A stretch of 64,000 nucleotides of DNA from Macrostomum lignano (Eukaryota): assembly GCA_002269645.1 (NCBI GenBank), contig NIVC01002090.1, forward strand, positions 10,781 through 74,780, written 5' to 3'. Below the pieces are notes generated by a model, which saw nothing but the letters and a program-made list of their open reading frames with translations, was not told where the DNA came from and did not search any database. Both the position numbers and the translations under genes were made by a program. This document shows positions 62,118-64,000 of this stretch, piece by piece (position 1 is the stretch's first letter; the number at the start of each line of letters is the position of its first letter).

Positions 62118-63329
62118 GTCACCGGCGGTCCCCACCAGCCCCTGGCCGTGAATGACACCTCCCTCTACGTGCTCAACGTGATCCCGGGCAGCCAGGCCGA
62201 CGGTAAGCTGCGCGTCAACGACCAGATCTGCCGGGTGAACGGAGCCAACGTTGTCGGCCGGTCAGCCGAAGAGGTGTACGCCGCTCTGCAGGCCTGCTCC
62301 GGCTCGGCCAGCTGCGTGCTGACAGTCCGGCGCAGGCGAGTCCACTGGCGGACGCATCCGGTCTGCGTCCGGCTGTCCGGCGCCCGGCCAGCCGACTTGA
62401 TCCAGCTGGACGCCGGGTTCTACGTGAAGCGAGTGCTGCAGCGACCGCCCGGCTGCCGACCCGTCTCGTTCGACGACGACAACGCCGATGACAATGTCGA
62501 CGGCGGCAACAGCGGCGGAGACGGAGACGGCGGTTGCGGCGGCATCGCAATCGGCGATCGAGTTCTGTCTATCGACGGTCGCCAACTAGACGGCCTGAGT
62601 CTGGCCGAGGCGCGCCAGGTGCTTGCCGAGTGTCGGACAGGTGGCAGCAGCGGGCCCTGCCAGCTGCTGATCTGTCCCTACAGGGCCTACGCCAGCCGCG
62701 ACGAGGTCAGAGCCGGCCCGCCGTCCGATGTTTCCGTCGCAGATCCTTTAATTGACAGCGGCGTCACTGCCGCCACGGGAAGCGCCCAGTCGCCCGATTC
62801 TGCTCTGAGCTCGATGACAAAGTCTCCTACGGGGCACTGGAGCACGGAGACGGCCGAGTCCGAGTCCTCCGTGGCCGGAAGCGGCTCCGGTAACGGTCAC
62901 CGGAAGGACTCGGTGCTCGACCGGCTAATTAATCGTTTCCGATCAGCAGGCGGCGGAGGCGGCAGCAAAGCCAAGAAGTCGAGTTCCGGTGCCAACGCCG
63001 CCGCCGCCTCCGACTGCATCGCCGAGCGAGAGGAGGTCGCCGCCATTGACGAGTTGGACTCCATGCTTCGCGGCTACGACCGGCGTAGAGGCGGCGGCGG
63101 CGGTGGCAGCGGCATCAGCGGCGGAGGCAACGGCAAAAAGTTCGCCACGGTGCACGGCGATCATTTCGTTGACAGCTCCGGCGGCTCAGGGCCTGGCTGC
63201 GTCAACACCGACAAGGAGATTGGCGCCAAACGGAAAGAGCGACCACCGCTGCCGTTCGTGTTTCCAACAGCTGGCGGCGCCGCTGGCAACCGACTGTCGC
63301 CGATGTCGCCAACGCTGCCTGTTTTTGAT

Positions 63330-63371
<42 letters not shown>

Positions 63372-63548
63372 CGGTACTCCAGCGGCTCGTACCATCAGAA
63401 TCTTCAACAACCGACTCCACCACCGCAGCTGCAGCCGCCGCAGCCTCGCTTAGGCGTTTTATCAACGTCAATGGCTAATGGCAGTTTGTCGCCCGAACCG
63501 GGACCAGTTGTTAGAAGCGATGAAACCATAGTCAGATCGCATTATGAG
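62118..63548 (+). CDS. dlg5: DLG5 exon with PDZ1 remainder, PDZ2 and a low-complexity linker; gene continues past the window
   Basis: tgttcag| acceptor and GAG|GTAAGC donor, in frame with ORF 61539..63623. GSQADGKLRVNDQICRVNG matches DLG5 GSIADGRLRVNDWLLRIND; IAIGDRVLSIDG marks PDZ2. Confidence 0.92.
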
Positions 63549-63629
63549 GTAAGCCTCTCATTTGTGTCATGTACAGTGTGTGTATCATCTGCTTTGCATC
63601 ACAAAATTTGTGTACAGCTGTAGCGGCGC

Positions 63630-64000
63630 GATACTGTAACAGCACCCGTCACTGATATTGTAACAGCACCCGTCACTGATACTGTAACAGCACCCCGCCA
63701 CTGGTACTGTAACAGAACCCCGTCACTGATGCTGTAACAGCACCCCGCCACTGGTACTGTAACAGCACCCCGCCACTGGTACTGTAACAGAACCCCGTCA
63801 CTGATGCTGTAACAGCACCCTGTCACAGATACTGTAACATCACCCCGTCACAGATGCTGTAACATCACCCGTCACAGATGCTGTAACATCACCCCGTCAC
63901 AGATGCTGTAACAGCACCCGTCACAGATACTGTAACAGCACCGTCACTGATATTGTAACAGCACCCGTCACTGATACTGTAACAGCACCCGTCACTGTAC
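63630..64000 (+). repeat. 24-25-bp minisatellite (GATACTGTAACAGCACCCGTCACT)n, truncated by the window end
   Basis: Direct periodicity. Confidence 0.95.

Overview
Animal genomic DNA with spliceosomal GT-AG introns, GC-rich exons carrying poly-Q/A/G runs, introns packed with minisatellites, and TTAGGG repeats. The overall style resembles the flatworm Macrostomum, but that is inference only. Two + strand protein genes are supported. (1) An SDA1/SDAD1 60S-ribosome-biogenesis gene has six exons at 642-6063; its first coding exon was not located. (2) A DLG5-like MAGUK scaffold gene (coiled coil plus PDZ1-PDZ2) has exons at 9261-9381 (probable), 46324-46902, 59522-60051, 60547-61155 and 62118-63548 and runs off the window end; splice phases join throughout. 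The standout feature lies in the inferred 36.9-kb first intron of dlg5. It is a 29-kb non-coding Helitron-like concatemer on the minus strand (17142-46168), inserted in an A|T dinucleotide, with three units joined by base-exact CTAG|TC head-to-tail junctions. The two long units carry trains of a second Helitron-like family that ends in a non-canonical hairpin plus CTCG. Both families embed telomeric repeats, and family A carries a tRNA-like A/B-box segment. Also present are tRNA-derived SINE heads, a long-TIR MITE, weak LINE and integrase relics, and many minisatellites. Most long ORFs in the supplied track are repeat artefacts.
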